In this document: one piece after another, positions 1-11,732 of the stretch
Layout: every line of letters starts with the position of its first letter
How positions within the stretch are numbered: position 1 is the first letter of the stretch
Origin: Leucoraja erinacea
Taxonomy: Eukaryota
Direction of reading: 5' to 3'
NCBI RefSeq assembly: GCF_028641065.1
Contig: NC_073415.1
Span: 8,990,001-9,054,000, forward strand
Length of the DNA stretch: 64,000 nt
Translations under genes and position numbers: made by a program
The notes under the pieces: generated by a model
Seen by the model: only the letters and a program-made list of their open reading frames with translations
Database searches by the model: none
What the model was told of the DNA's origin: nothing

Positions 1-33
1 ACTCACAGGTGTAATACAACTATTATTATTTGG

Positions 34-275
34 TCAAGTCTGTGAGTTATTGTCATTGCCGTTTGAAATCACTTCCTGCAAAGGAAAAATGTCCAGAGAT
101 TCATTCACACGAGGGATTTCTTGGTTTCTGCTGGGTGTTGGATTCAGTACATTATATTCTCCTGTTTTCCGAGCTCCGTCGATCCGGCAATAGCAGATTA
201 TTGCCATTATTATTATTATTATTGCCCCCACAATTGAAAAGCCCACGATGATGATCACCCATGACGATTCTTCAC
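34..275 (-). CDS. Gene A (ICAM/VCAM-like) last exon: transmembrane helix + cytoplasmic tail
   Basis: cacag| acceptor at 276-277, phase 1; encodes EESSWVIIIVGFSIVGAIIIIIMAIICYCRIDGARKTGEYNVL...SQT, TGA at 34-36; near-identical to 25021-25298. Confidence 0.85.
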
Positions 276-1293
276 CTGTGGATAATTCACAAAAACCATT
301 ACACAATCATCATCCATTCTGAGCAAATACATCTACTGTAAAACTACAGATCCTTTCTTTCCAAAATCCATGAATTTTGCCTGCACTCATTTGCAGGTAT
401 AATTTACTTATAATCTCTCGAATTACTATCTACCTCATCGGGGACCCTCGGACTATCTTTGATCGGACTTTACTGGTTTACCTTGCACTAAACGTTATTC
501 CCTTATCATGTATCATGTATCTGCACACTGTGAACGGCTCGATTGTAATCATGTATTGTCTTTCCACTGGCTGGTTAGTACACAACAAAAGCTTTTCACT
601 GTACCTCAGTTACATGTAACAATAAGCTAAACTAAACCAATGTTTTCTCATTATATTTATAAACACATTGTGCGTACGAATGGCATAGCATGCTACTCGA
701 CGGCCAATTAAATATTTTTTGAAGAATAAAGTCCATTTTCATTTAACTTAGTTTAGCAATTCAGTGCGGAAACAGGGTCTTCGGCCCACTGAGTCCATGC
801 CGACCATCAATAACCCATTTACATTAGTTCAATGTTATCCCACTAACCGGAGATACCAGATAAAACGTACACAGGTCACGGGGAGAATGTACAAACTTTG
901 TACAGACAGCACCCGTAGTCAGAATCGAACCCATGTCTTTGGTGCAGAAACGTGCCCTTTGGCCCACAGAGTCCGCACCGACCAGCGGTTCCTAACACTA
1001 ACAGTATCATACACACACTAGATACAATTTACAATTATACCAAGCCAATTAACCTACAAAACTACGTCTTTGGAGTGTGGGAGGAAACCGGAGATCCCCG
1101 AGAAAACACATGCAGTTTACGGGGGGGGGGGGGGGAGCATGTAAAGCTGCATATAGACAAGCAACCCGTAGACAGGGTCGAACCCGGGTCTCTGGGGCTG
1201 TAAGGCAGCAACTCTACCGCTGCGAAATCATCCCACCTCATTCATGATTGAAAGCCAGAGCAGACTCGATGGCACCAATGTAAAGTTACTTAC

Positions 1294-1578
1294 TTTGCAC
1301 ATTGAGTGTGATATTCTGTTGCTTAACAATGGGTTCAGGGTGATTTTGGAGTGTCAGTTTAGCCACACAAGTCAACTGCTGTCCATTCATCTCCATCTTT
1401 GGATGCAAAGTGTGGTAGATAGTGTGCTCTGTACTGGATGACTCGCTTGGCAAAGACATATTCCCATTCTTCAGTGTAAGTTGAAGTTCTCCCGAGACAT
1501 TAAACACACTGCAGGTAATATTCACCGGTTTTCCATCAATGATGGTCAGTGATGCTTGGATTACAGGTTCGGAGAAAA
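1294..1578 (-). CDS. Gene A Ig domain exon D4
   Basis: ttgcag| acceptor, |gtaagt donor, 285 bp phase 1-1; FSEPVIQ...NITCSV...MNGQQLTCVAKL...TLNVQ with Ig Cys pair. Confidence 0.88.
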
Positions 1579-1649
1579 CTGCAACAACAGAAAGATATTG
1601 TTAGAAACCCTATCAAAGCTTAGAGCAGCACTGTGGCGCGGCGGTAGAT

Positions 1650-2172
1650 TTTAATGTTCAAGTTCAAGTGAGTTTATTGTCATGTGTCCCTGTATAGGAC
1701 AATGAAATTCTTGCTTTGCTTCAGCACACAGAACATAGTAGGCATTTACTACAGAACAGATCAGTGTGTCCATATACCATTATATAAATATATACACACA
1801 TGAATAAATAAACTGATAAAGTGCAAATAACAGAAAATGGGTTATTAATAATCATAGTTTTGTCCTAGCCAGGTTTAATAGCCTGATGGCTGTGGGGAAG
1901 TAGCTATTCCTGAACCTGGTTGTTGCAGTCTTCAGGCTCCTGTACCTTCTACCTGAAGGTAGCAGGGAGATGAGTGTGTGGCCAGGATGGTGTGGGTCTT
2001 TGATGATACTGCCAGCCTTTTTGAGGCAGCGACTGCGATAAATCCCCTCGATGGAAGGAAGGTCAGAGCCGATGATGGACTGGGCAGTGTTTACTACTTT
2101 TTGTAGTCTTTTCCTCTCCAGGGCGCTCAAATTGCTGAACCAAGCCACGATGCAACCGGTCAGCATGCTCTC
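1650..2172 (-). mobile_element. 5'-truncated Rex1/Babar-type LINE fragment nested in a SINE
   Basis: ORF 1852-2166 (...IIKDPHHPGH...[11 protein letters not shown]...FRNSYFP), (cttgaa)n tail; paralog at ~28190-28703. Confidence 0.8.
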
Positions 2173-2544
2173 ACCTTATGTAATTGCCTTATAGTAGTGT
2201 CAAAGACCTAGGTTCGATCTTGACTATGGGTGCTGTCTGTACGGAATTTGTACATTCTCCCCGTGACTTGTGTGGGTTTTCTCCAGGTGCTCCAGTTTCC
2301 TCCCGCACTCCAAAGACGTACAGGTTTGTAGGTTAATTGACTTTAGCTATGGCTCTACATCCAACTGTAGTTGGACAATGATCGGAGGCAATTACCCAAA
2401 GTCACCCTATTATTCCCGGCATCATTCACCCCCTATACCAATCTCATCAAACCTAGTGACATGTTGGTTGAACGCATCCTGATGAGTGGAATTTGAAATG
2501 TCCACAATGTTTGGGCAACACTGGCAAAGTTCCCATTGAACACC

Positions 2545-3092
2545 GGGTGTAGGAAGGAACTGTAGATGCTGGTTCACACCGAAGATAGGCACAAAATGCT
2601 GGATAACTCAGCGGCACAGGCATCATCTCTGGAGAGAAGGAATAGGAGACATTTTGTGTCGAGACCCTTCTTCAGACTGCAAATCAGGGGAGAGGGAGAT
2701 ACAGCGATAAGGAAGGTGTCAAAATGAGACCTGAGACAATATAATAGATGAGGTCATGACAATATCATGACATGAGACAAGATGAGGATCAAGAAAAATG
2801 TAGAATAGATCAGAATGTAGAATAGGAGAAGGTGACCACAAAGCAAACGGAGACAAAATGTCATTGGGGAGACTGGTGGGAGAACTGGGAAGGGGGAGGG
2901 ATGGAGAGAGAGGAAGAGCAAGGGTTACTTGAAGTTAGAGATGTCAATGTTCATACCACTGGGGTGTAATCTGCCCAAGCCAAATATGAGGAGCTGTTCC
3001 TCCAATTTGTGTTGGGCCTCACTGTGACAATGGAGGAGGCCCAGGACAGAAAGGTTGGTGTGGGAATGGGAGGGGATTTATAGTATTTAGCA
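2545..3092 (-). mobile_element. Penelope-like element fragment with its associated terminal repeat
   Basis: Degenerate GIY-YIG-type C-terminal coding remnant at 2925-3090 next to the gaagggtctcgac-type repeat; paralog at 29078-29620, similar at 51115-51600. Confidence 0.5.
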
Positions 3093-3842
3093 TCTCCACC
3101 CTGGCTGGTAACAAGCCAGAGGCTTCTATGTCACTTCAGGGAACTCTTTGCTTTCAAAACAATGGTAAATAGTCCACTGATTTAATTCCTGGGCGTAAGG
3201 AAGGTACTACAATATTTCTCCTTTATGTAAATGTTATGCATATATATTCAGTTTGTATCTCTGATAAATTCAGTTGCCGGTAGCTGCCTCTGTAACAGGA
3301 TCTACATTAAAAACAGACGAAATAAGAGCAGGGCTTTATCACACACTCCAACGAGGCAGCTCTTGAATGAAGAAGGGTCTCGACCCTAAATGCCACCCAT
3401 TCCTTTTATCCAGTAATGCTGCCTGTCCCGCTGGGTTACTCCAGCATTTTGTGTCTATCTTCCATTAATAAGAATGTAGCTGAATCTAGGTGACATCATG
3501 TTGCCTTTTTCCCCCTAATTATTGTGGTTTCTGTACAGGCTGATTAAAGTTTTGTGACTCTCCTATACCAAATGTCCCCATGCAATGGGTGCCCATAGGT
3601 AGAAAGGGATCTTTAACAGTTCCCAGAGGAGGTAGTTGAGGCAGGGACTATCCCAATGTTTAAGATACTAGTTACACAATTACATGGATAGGACAGGTTT
3701 AGATGAATATGGGCCGAACGTGGGCAGGTGGGATGAGTGTAGCTGGGACATGTTGGCCGGAGTGGGAAAGTTGGGCCGAAGCGGTTTCCACGCTGTATGA
3801 CTATGACATCAATCATAATCTCCGGTTATCCAGCATGCTTAC

Positions 3843-3899
3843 TGTACACCTCAATGGAAATGTTGGCACTCCTTGTTAGATTTAATGGATAATCCTCAA
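3843..3899 (-). pseudogene. Remnant (3' ~57 bp plus donor) of gene A D3 exon; acceptor and most of the exon deleted
   Basis: Matches gene B 30356-30412, then jumps to intron sequence equivalent to B ~30659. Confidence 0.85.
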
Positions 3900-4264
3900 C
3901 ACAAGGAATTCATTGCTTATTAGTTTTCTGTAGACAATGGAGCCCACTGAGTCCGCGCCAACTGGCACACTAATGCTATCCTATACACACTAGGGACAAT
4001 TACAATTATCCGAGCCAATCAATCTACAATCCTATATGGCTTTGGAGTGTGGGTGGAAAACGGAGATCCCAGATGAAATCCATGCAGATCATGGGGAGAA
4101 CGTGCAAACTCCATACATTCAGCACCATTAGTCAAGATCGAACTCGGGTCTCGGGCGCTGCAAGGCAGTTGCTCTTTTGCTGTGCTACCGTGCCACACAA
4201 ATCTGTTATTTAAATTGACTTTATTTATACTATAATAGTTGTAATGAGGTGGGGGGGGAGGTTG

Positions 4265-4570
4265 CTTGGCACAGCGGTAGAATTACAGCCTTACAGCGCC
4301 TGAGACTCGGGTTTGATCCTGACTATGTGTGTGGTTTGTACATATTTTGTACGTTCTCCCCATGATCTGCGTGAGTTTTCTCCAGGAGCTCCGTTTTCCT
4401 CCCACACTCCAAAGATGTGCAGGTTTGTAAGTTAATTGGCTTGGTAAAAATTGTAAATCTACCCTAGTGAGTAGGATAATGTTAGTGTGCGGGAATCGCT
4501 GGTCGGCGTGGACTTGGTGGGCCGAAGGGCCTGTCTCCACGCTGTATCACTAAACTAAACTATACTAAAC
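4265..4570 (+). mobile_element. tRNA-derived V-SINE (HE1-like); representative of dozens of copies in the window
   Basis: A/B-box-like head (ggcacagcggtaga...gggtttgatcc), conserved core gttctcccc...ttcctcccacactccaaaga, gggccgaagggcctgt tail, (taaac)n. Confidence 0.8.
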
Positions 4571-4714
4571 AGTGCAGAAACACACATTGTGTTAACGTGT
4601 TCTACAGAGGAAACCTTGCAGACAGGGTAAACTCAACTTAAAGTGCTTGTTCTGTAGATAACTCATCTCTCCTGGTTTAGTGTGTGTGGCTTGCTTGTAA
4701 ATGTGTCAGCAGAC

Positions 4715-5015
4715 AGCACGGTGGCACAGGGATAGAGTTACTGCCTTACAGCACCAAAGACCAGGGATCAATCCTGACTAAGGGTGCTATCTGTACGGAG
4801 TTTGTACATTCTCCCCGTGACCTGTGTGGGTTTTATGCAGGAGCTCTGGCTTCCTCCCACACTTCAAAGACATGCAAGTTTTGCCGGCTAATTGGCGTGC
4901 TACAATTATAAATTGTCCATAGTGTGTAGGATAGTATTGGTGTGGGGGGATCTCTGGTTGGCACAGACCCGGTGGGCCAAATGGCCTGTTTCCACGCTGT
5001 ATATATAAACTAAAC
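4715..5015 (+). mobile_element. V-SINE (HE1-like)
   Basis: Same head, core and tail motifs. Confidence 0.8.
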
Positions 5016-5092
5016 TTTACAAAATGCGACTCCAGTTTGTTTCAACTTAGTCTTGAGCAGAGGAGAGCAATTATTGTTCAAGTGGAACTCAC

Positions 5093-5407
5093 AGTAGGTT
5101 TGCAGAGTCACGGAGGAGGATTCGATTTCTTTTGTGGTATTTGTGACCAAGTCCAGCTCTGCCAAGCATGTGTACACTTGTCCATCCTCAGCCATGCTTG
5201 CATTGAGATTGAGAATATTGACCACCGGAGTCACATCTTCTGGAAACTTTTGTTCCGTTGGGTTAACTGACTTCACAACTTTGCTCCCTCTGAGCCACTT
5301 GAGATGGAGCTTGGTGTTTGGATACACTCTTGGACCGGTGCAATTAAGCTGATATGTTTTGTTAATTTCCATCGCCTTTGGATGTGGTGCAATGACAAGA
5401 TCTCGAT
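5093..5407 (-). CDS. Gene A Ig domain exon D2 (ICAM/VCAM D2-type)
   Basis: caacag| acceptor, |gtgagt donor, 315 bp phase 1-1; YQLNCTGPRVYP..LKWLRG...EDGQVYTCLAELDL. Confidence 0.9.
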
Positions 5408-5546
5408 CTGTTGAAGGAGAATCATGTTAATAAAATTCACTGAAATAATGAACCTGAATAGTATTTGTCCCACCTCATCTCATATTCACCGATTATTCAA
5501 GTGACATACACACAGCATGAATGTACATATGTTCTTCAATATTTAG

Positions 5547-5855
5547 GGTGGCACAGTGGTGCAGTGGTAGAGTTGCTGCCTTACAGCACCATAGACCCAG
5601 GTTTGATCTAGAATACGGGTGCTGTGAATACGGAGTTTGTAAGTTCTCCCCATGACCACATTGGTTTTCTCCAATATCTTTGGTTTCCTCCCACATTTCA
5701 AAGAGGTACAGATTTGGAGGTTAATTGGCTTGGTATAAGTGTAAATTGTCCCGAGTGTGTGTAGGATAGTGATAGTGTGCCGGGATCGCTGGTCCTTATG
5801 TACTTGGTAGGTCGAAGGGCCTGTTTCCGCACTGTACCTCTAAACTGATCTAAAC
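5547..5855 (+). mobile_element. V-SINE (HE1-like)
   Basis: Same head, core and tail motifs. Confidence 0.8.
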
Positions 5856-6895
5856 AAATCTAAATTGTAAGCAAGAACTTAAATGTTCTCTCCCCACAGA
5901 TGCTGGTTGGACTGCTGTGTTTCTAGTATTTCAGATTTAGTTTAATTCAGAGATGCAGCATGGAAACAGGCCCTTCAGTTTACTGACTCCAATCCGACCA
6001 TCAATCACCTGTTCATACGAGTTCCACGTCATCCCACTTTCTCATCCACTCCCTACACAATAATGGCAATTTACAGAGGCCAATTAACCCATCTATTCTA
6101 CATTATTTATTCTACATTTTCCTTGCTCTGCATTCCCTTTGTCCTGTTTTCACACCTTTCACTTCCTTATCTATGTACCTCTCTCTCCCCTGACATCAGT
6201 CTGAAGAAGAGACTCAACCCGAAACATCACCCATTCCTTCTCTGCAGAGATACTGCCTGTTCCGCTGACTTACTCCAGCATTTTGTGTCTATCTTCAGTT
6301 TAAACCAGCATCTGCAGTTCCTTCCTACACATTCAGAGTTTGAGTTTAGTTTATTGTCACGTGTACCAAAGTACAGAGAGAAGCATTTGTTGTGTGCTGA
6401 CTAGTCACCGGGAAGACTATACATGATATTCTGCAATGTTACCTATGTAACTAATTATTTAACATTTTAGAATAAGAGGTTTCGCTTATTATACACTGTG
6501 ATCACAAGTTTTCAAAGCTTTTGGTTTAGTTTAGTTTAGGGAAACAGGCTCTTGAGTCCGTGCCGATCAGTGATCCCTGCACACTAGCACTATCCTACAC
6601 ACACTAGGGACAATTTACAGTTTTACTGACAGTAATTAACCTACAAGCCTGGAGTGTGGGAGGAATCCGGAGCACCCGGAGAAACCCCATGCAGGTTACG
6701 GGGAAAACCTCCAAACTCATAGTCAGGATCAAATCCTCGTCTCTGGCGCTGTAAGGCAGCGACTCTACTGCTGCGCCACTGTGCTGTCCGATTCTGCATA
6801 TTATTCTGCTAGCAAATGGTTATAGAGTGATACAGTGGAAACAGGCCCTTCGGCCCAACTCTCCTATACCGGTTAGAATAAGAAATTACACTTAC

Positions 6896-7171
6896 TGTAC
6901 ACAATGATCACTGTTTTGTTCTCAACCGGAGTATTGCTTACAGATTTGCACAATACACTGCAAACCATTGGTAAATCCCACCTCTTCACAGTTGGGATTT
7001 GGCATGTGATTGAGTTGTTAACGTTATTGCAGTATTTATTTAGCCCTGGTTTTAGTTCCATGGATATAATAGGATCTAAACATGTGGTTCTGCAGGTCAC
7101 ATTCAAAGAGCCCTCGATTTCCACAGCTGGAGTGTCTGTGTTTATCTGAACCTCAAATCCATTCCCTTTAG
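6896..7171 (-). CDS. Gene A N-terminal Ig domain exon D1 (ICAM-type CxxxC...CxxxC)
   Basis: gacag| acceptor, |gtaagt donor, 276 bp; GSLNVTCRTTC...MEL...MVCSVLC...IIVY. Confidence 0.9.
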
Positions 7172-7974
7172 CTGTCAGAGAAAAAGCACAATAAGTACAG
7201 AGATACAGAATCCATTTAAACAAAGGGCAAAATCAAGGTAATTTCTTGATCTAAAAGAGTCATTTCTAATTACTCACAAACCAATAAAATGTTATTTTTC
7301 TACGAATTATATAACTCCAGGAACTGGGAGTCGGTGTTAGAGACTGAGGTGATTCTTAACATTTCCCGGTGTTGAAGTAAAGAATGTTTCTGTTTAGCAA
7401 GTGTTGAATATACAGTAGAATAAAGAGTTTGACAACAGAGAAACGAATGAAGTGATTTTACAAGGCGGAGTTCCATATCAACACTGTACATGCTGTTTTT
7501 TTAAGATAGACACAAAATGCTGGAGTAACCCAGCGAGTCAGGCAGCCTCTCTTGAGAAAAGGAAGAGGTGAAGTTTCGGGTCGAGACCCTTCTGCAGACA
7601 GTCAGGACAAAAGGGAAACGAGAGATTTAGAACAAATGAATGAAAGATATGCAAAAAACGTGACAATGATAAAGGAAACGGGCCATTGTTAATTCAGCGG
7701 CTCAGGCAGCGTGTGTGGAAGGAACAGACAGGCGGGACCCTTCAGGCAAAATGCATTCCAGGCAAACATTTAAATCACAAGAGAATCACATTTAAATCCT
7801 CTGAAAAACATGTTCAAACTTCCTTCCAGATGGAAAGCCGGTGATGTTTCTGACCCGCCGGGGCAGCGGGTCCCCGTTCCCGTGTGGAACAGGCATCACT
7901 GCCGGGGCTGGAGACGAGACCTCCCCCCGTCCGTGATGCTCACTGCCCGGCGGCCCAGAGGCCCCGGTCCACAG

Positions 7975-8345
7975 GTACTCACTCACTTACACTCACTCAC
8001 ACTCATTACTCTCACACGAACATTCACACTCACTCTCTCTTTCACACATCCACACACACACATCCACAAACACTCATAAGCACACCCACACACACCCTCT
8101 CACTCACACACGCACTCACTTACACAAACACACGTGCACTCACACATGCTCTCACAATCACACACACTCACAGTTACACACACATTCATCACTATCACAC
8201 ACGCACACATCTATTCTCTCGCACACTCATATATCCTCACTCACACACACATTCATACACATACACACTCACCCTCACGTACACATTCCACATGCTCGCA
8301 CACTTAAGCACGTGCACACTCACTCTCACACATATACGCACACAC
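7975..8345. repeat. Degenerate (CA)/(CACT) microsatellite in intron 1 (paralog 36340-36650)
   Basis: Low-complexity sequence. Confidence 0.9.
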
Positions 8346-9147
8346 TAGCTGCTCCGGTGCTGGTAATGGCGTGATCACAGAGTCCCTGCGTCCCTCTCCC
8401 ACTGCGTCCCTGCTTCACGCCACCAAAAATAAGCAATCATCTGCTATCGTAGCGTTGTTACAAAACCTACCATCAGCGGCGCTACAAATCTGCCACTGCC
8501 GGCGCGTGCGATTCCGGTGGCTTTGGGGTGGGATTAAAATGCAGGTTTATATTGGTTGTCGGAGAGGGATTTCCTCGGGCTGCTACCTGATGAAGAAAAA
8601 TCGTTCGCGCTTCCGTTCGCGTTTTTAAAAAAAATTGCCGGACGATTGCGACGCAGGATTAATCTTAAATGCGACTAAAACATCTTCAACATTTTAAATA
8701 TATACTAGACCAAGTATAGATCCCCAACGAGGGGGGGGGGGGGGGGTGCTGCGGTTTCACACGCACACAAACCACCCCCCCCACACACACACACACACAC
8801 ATTTGTAGATGGTACTGTGGTTTCTGGAAAGGTGGAGATTTTTGATTCAGGTAAATTTAAAGACTGAAGTTGTTAGGGCAGGAAATATATTGAACTACAA
8901 TTTTGCCTTATTTTGTATCAACATGAATATTCTTCAATATTCTGGAAAATAGACCACATTTGTTTTCAAGGGACCCAAGAATTTGGAAACAAAATCTGTG
9001 GTGTGTTTGACAGAAGATAGGCCAACAGTATATGCCATGGAACACACATGGCCAATACATGTTAACTTGTTCTACTGTAACGATTCTTATTCACTGGATG
9101 AGTAAGGAACACATTTATTTTGTATTACTGTTGCATCCTGGACTCAC

Positions 9148-9330
9148 CGGTGGGTGTAATTGGTGCGGTCATTAAGGTGGTGGTAGCTTCAGTTGAAGAT
9201 GCACTTGTGCTGCCTGCAGTTGTTTCTACTGTCCTTGATGTGGGAACTGATGTGATGCTTGAAGCTGTTGTAGTTGCCTCTGAACTTGTAGATGGTACAG
9301 TGCTTTTTGGTACGGTGATGAATTTTGATT
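9148..9330 (-). CDS. Putative mucin-type (Ser/Thr-rich) cassette exon, 61 codons
   Basis: ttaccag| acceptor, |gtgagt donor, 183 bp phase 1-1; ESKFITVPKSTVPSTSSEATTTASSITSVPTSRTVETTAGSTSASSTEATTTLMTAPITPT. Confidence 0.55.
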
Positions 9331-9624
9331 CTGGTAAATTTAAAGACTGGTGTTATTAGGGCAGAAAATGTATTGAACTACAATTTTGCCTTATTTTTGT
9401 AACAACATGATAATTTTCTTCAAGTTTCTGGAAAATAGACCACATTTGTTTTCAAGGGACCCAAGAATTTGGAAACAAAATCTGTGGTGTGTTTGACAGA
9501 AGATAGGCCAACAGTATATGCCATGGAACACACATGGCCAATACATGTTAACTTGTTCTACTGTAACGATTCTTATTCACTGGATGAGTAAGGAACACAT
9601 TTATTTTGTATTACTCTTGCATAC

Positions 9625-9807
9625 CGGTGGGTGTAATTGGTTCGATCATGAAGGTGGTGGTAGCTTCAGTTGAAGATGCACTTGTGTTGCCTGCAGTTGT
9701 TTCTACTGTCCTTGATGTGGGAACTGATGTGATGCTTGAAGCTGTTGTAGTTGCCTCTGAACTTGTAGATGGTACAGTGCTTTTTGGTACGGTGATGAAT
9801 TTTGATT
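9625..9807 (-). CDS. Putative mucin-type cassette exon
   Basis: AG acceptor, |gtatgc donor, 183 bp, open S/T-rich frame. Confidence 0.5.
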
Positions 9808-10101
9808 CTGGTAAATTTAAAGACTGGTGTTATTAGGGCAGAAAATGTATTGAACTACAATTTTGCCTTATTTTTGTAACAACATGATAATTTTCTTCAA
9901 GTTTCTGGAAAATAGACCACATTTGTTTTCAAGGGACCCAAGAATTTGGAAACAAAATCTGTGGTGTGTTTGACAGAAGATAGGCCAACAGTATATGCCA
10001 TGGAACACACATGGCCAATACATGTTAACTTGTTCTACTGTAACGATTCTTATTCACTGGATGAGTAAGGAACACATTTATTTTGTATTACTCTTGCATA
10101 C

Positions 10102-10284
10102 CGGTGGGTGTAATTGGTTCGATCATGAAGGTGGTGGTAGCTTCAGTTGAAGATGCACTTGTGTTGCCTGCAGTTGTTTCTACTGTCCTTGATGTGGGAA
10201 CTGATGTGATGCTTGAAGCTGTTGTAGTTGCCTCTGAACTTGTAGATGGTACAGTGCTTTTTGGTACGGTGATGAATTTTGATT
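10102..10284 (-). CDS. Putative mucin-type cassette exon
   Basis: AG acceptor, |gtatgc donor, 183 bp, open S/T-rich frame. Confidence 0.5.
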
Positions 10285-10587
10285 CTGGTAAATTTAAAGA
10301 CTGGTGTTATTAGGGCAGAAAATGTATTGAACTACAATTTTGCCTTATTTTTGTAACAACATGATAATTTTCTTCAAGTTTCTGGAAAATAGACCACATT
10401 TGTTTTCAAGGGACCCAAGAATTTGGAAACAAAATCTGTGGTGTGTTTGACAGAAGATAGGCCAACAGTATATGCCATAGAACACACATGGCCAATCCAT
10501 GTTAACTTGTTCTACTGTAATGATTCTTATTCACTGGATGAGTAAGGAACACATTTATTTTGTATTACTGTTGCATCCTGGACTCAC

Positions 10588-10770
10588 CGGTGGGTGTAAT
10601 TGGTGCGGTCATTAAGGTGGTGGTAGCTTCAGTTGAAGATGCACTTGTGCTGCCTGCAGTTGTTTCTACTGTCCTTGATGTGGGAACTGATGTGATGCTT
10701 GAAGCTGTTGTAGTTGCCTCTGAACTTGTAGATGGTACAGTGCTTTTTGGTACGGTGATGAATTTTGATT
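10588..10770 (-). CDS. Putative mucin-type cassette exon
   Basis: AG acceptor, |gtgagt donor, 183 bp, open S/T-rich frame. Confidence 0.55.
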
Positions 10771-11064
10771 CTGGTAAATTTAAAGACTGGTGTTATTAGG
10801 GCAGAAAATGTATTGAACTACAATTTTGCCTTATTTTTGTAACAACATGATAATTTTCTTCAAGTTTCTGGAAAATAGACCACATTTGTTTTCAAGGGAC
10901 CCAAGAATTTGGAAACAAAATCTGTGGTGTGTTTGACAGAAGATAGGCCAACAGTATATGCCATGGAACACACATGGCCAATACATGTTAACTTGTTCTA
11001 CTGTAACGATTCTTATTCACTGGATGAGTAAGGAACACATTTATTTTGTATTACTCTTGCATAC

Positions 11065-11246
11065 CGGTGGTGTAATTGGTTCGATCATGAAGGTTGTGGT
11101 TGCTTCAGTTGAAGATGCACTTGTGTTGCCTGCAGTTGTTTCTACTGTCCTTGATGTGGGAACTGATGTGATGCTTGAAGCTGTTGTAGTTGCCTCTGAA
11201 CTTGTAGATGGTACAGTGCTTTTTGGTACGGTGATGAATTTTGATT
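11065..11246 (-). pseudogene. Mucin-type cassette exon with a 1-bp deletion (182 bp)
   Basis: ccggtggtgt here versus ccggtgggtgt in the other units; would shift the frame if included; could be a sequencing error. Confidence 0.5.
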
Positions 11247-11549
11247 CTGGTAAATTTAAAGACTGGTGTTATTAGGGCAGAAAATGTATTGAACTACAAT
11301 TTTGCCTTATTTTTGTAACAACATGATAATTTTCTTCAAGTTTCTGGAAAATAGACCACATTTGTTTTCAAGGGACCCAAGAATTTGGAAACAAAATCTG
11401 TGGTGTGTTTGACAGAAGATAGGCCAACAGTATATGCCATAGAACACACATGGCCAATCCATGTTAACTTGTTCTACTGTAATGATTCTTATTCACTGGA
11501 TGAGTAAGGAACACATTTATTTTGTATTACTGTTGCATCCTGGACTCAC

Positions 11550-11732
11550 CGGTGGGTGTAATTGGTGCGATCATTAAGGTGGTGGTAGCTTCAGTTGAAG
11601 ATGCACTTGTGCTGCCTGCAGTTGTTTCTACTGTCCTTGATGTGGGAATTGATGTGATGCTTGAAGCTGTTGTAGTTGCCTCTGAACTTGTAGATGGTAC
11701 AGTGCTTTCTGGAAAGATAGAGATTTTTGATT
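11550..11732 (-). CDS. Putative mucin-type cassette exon (first in transcript order, variant start ESKISIFPES)
   Basis: AG acceptor, |gtgagt donor, 183 bp. Confidence 0.5.

Noticed and set aside
7840-7980. GC-rich patch considered as the signal-peptide exon
   Set aside because: No hydrophobic ATG-initiated minus-strand frame with a donor; a better exon 1 exists at 12900-12966 and 36880-36946
7810-8348. His/Thr-rich ORFs (also 36050-36596) and the ERERE/SLSLS ORFs at 51215-51570
   Set aside because: Translations of CA and GA microsatellites
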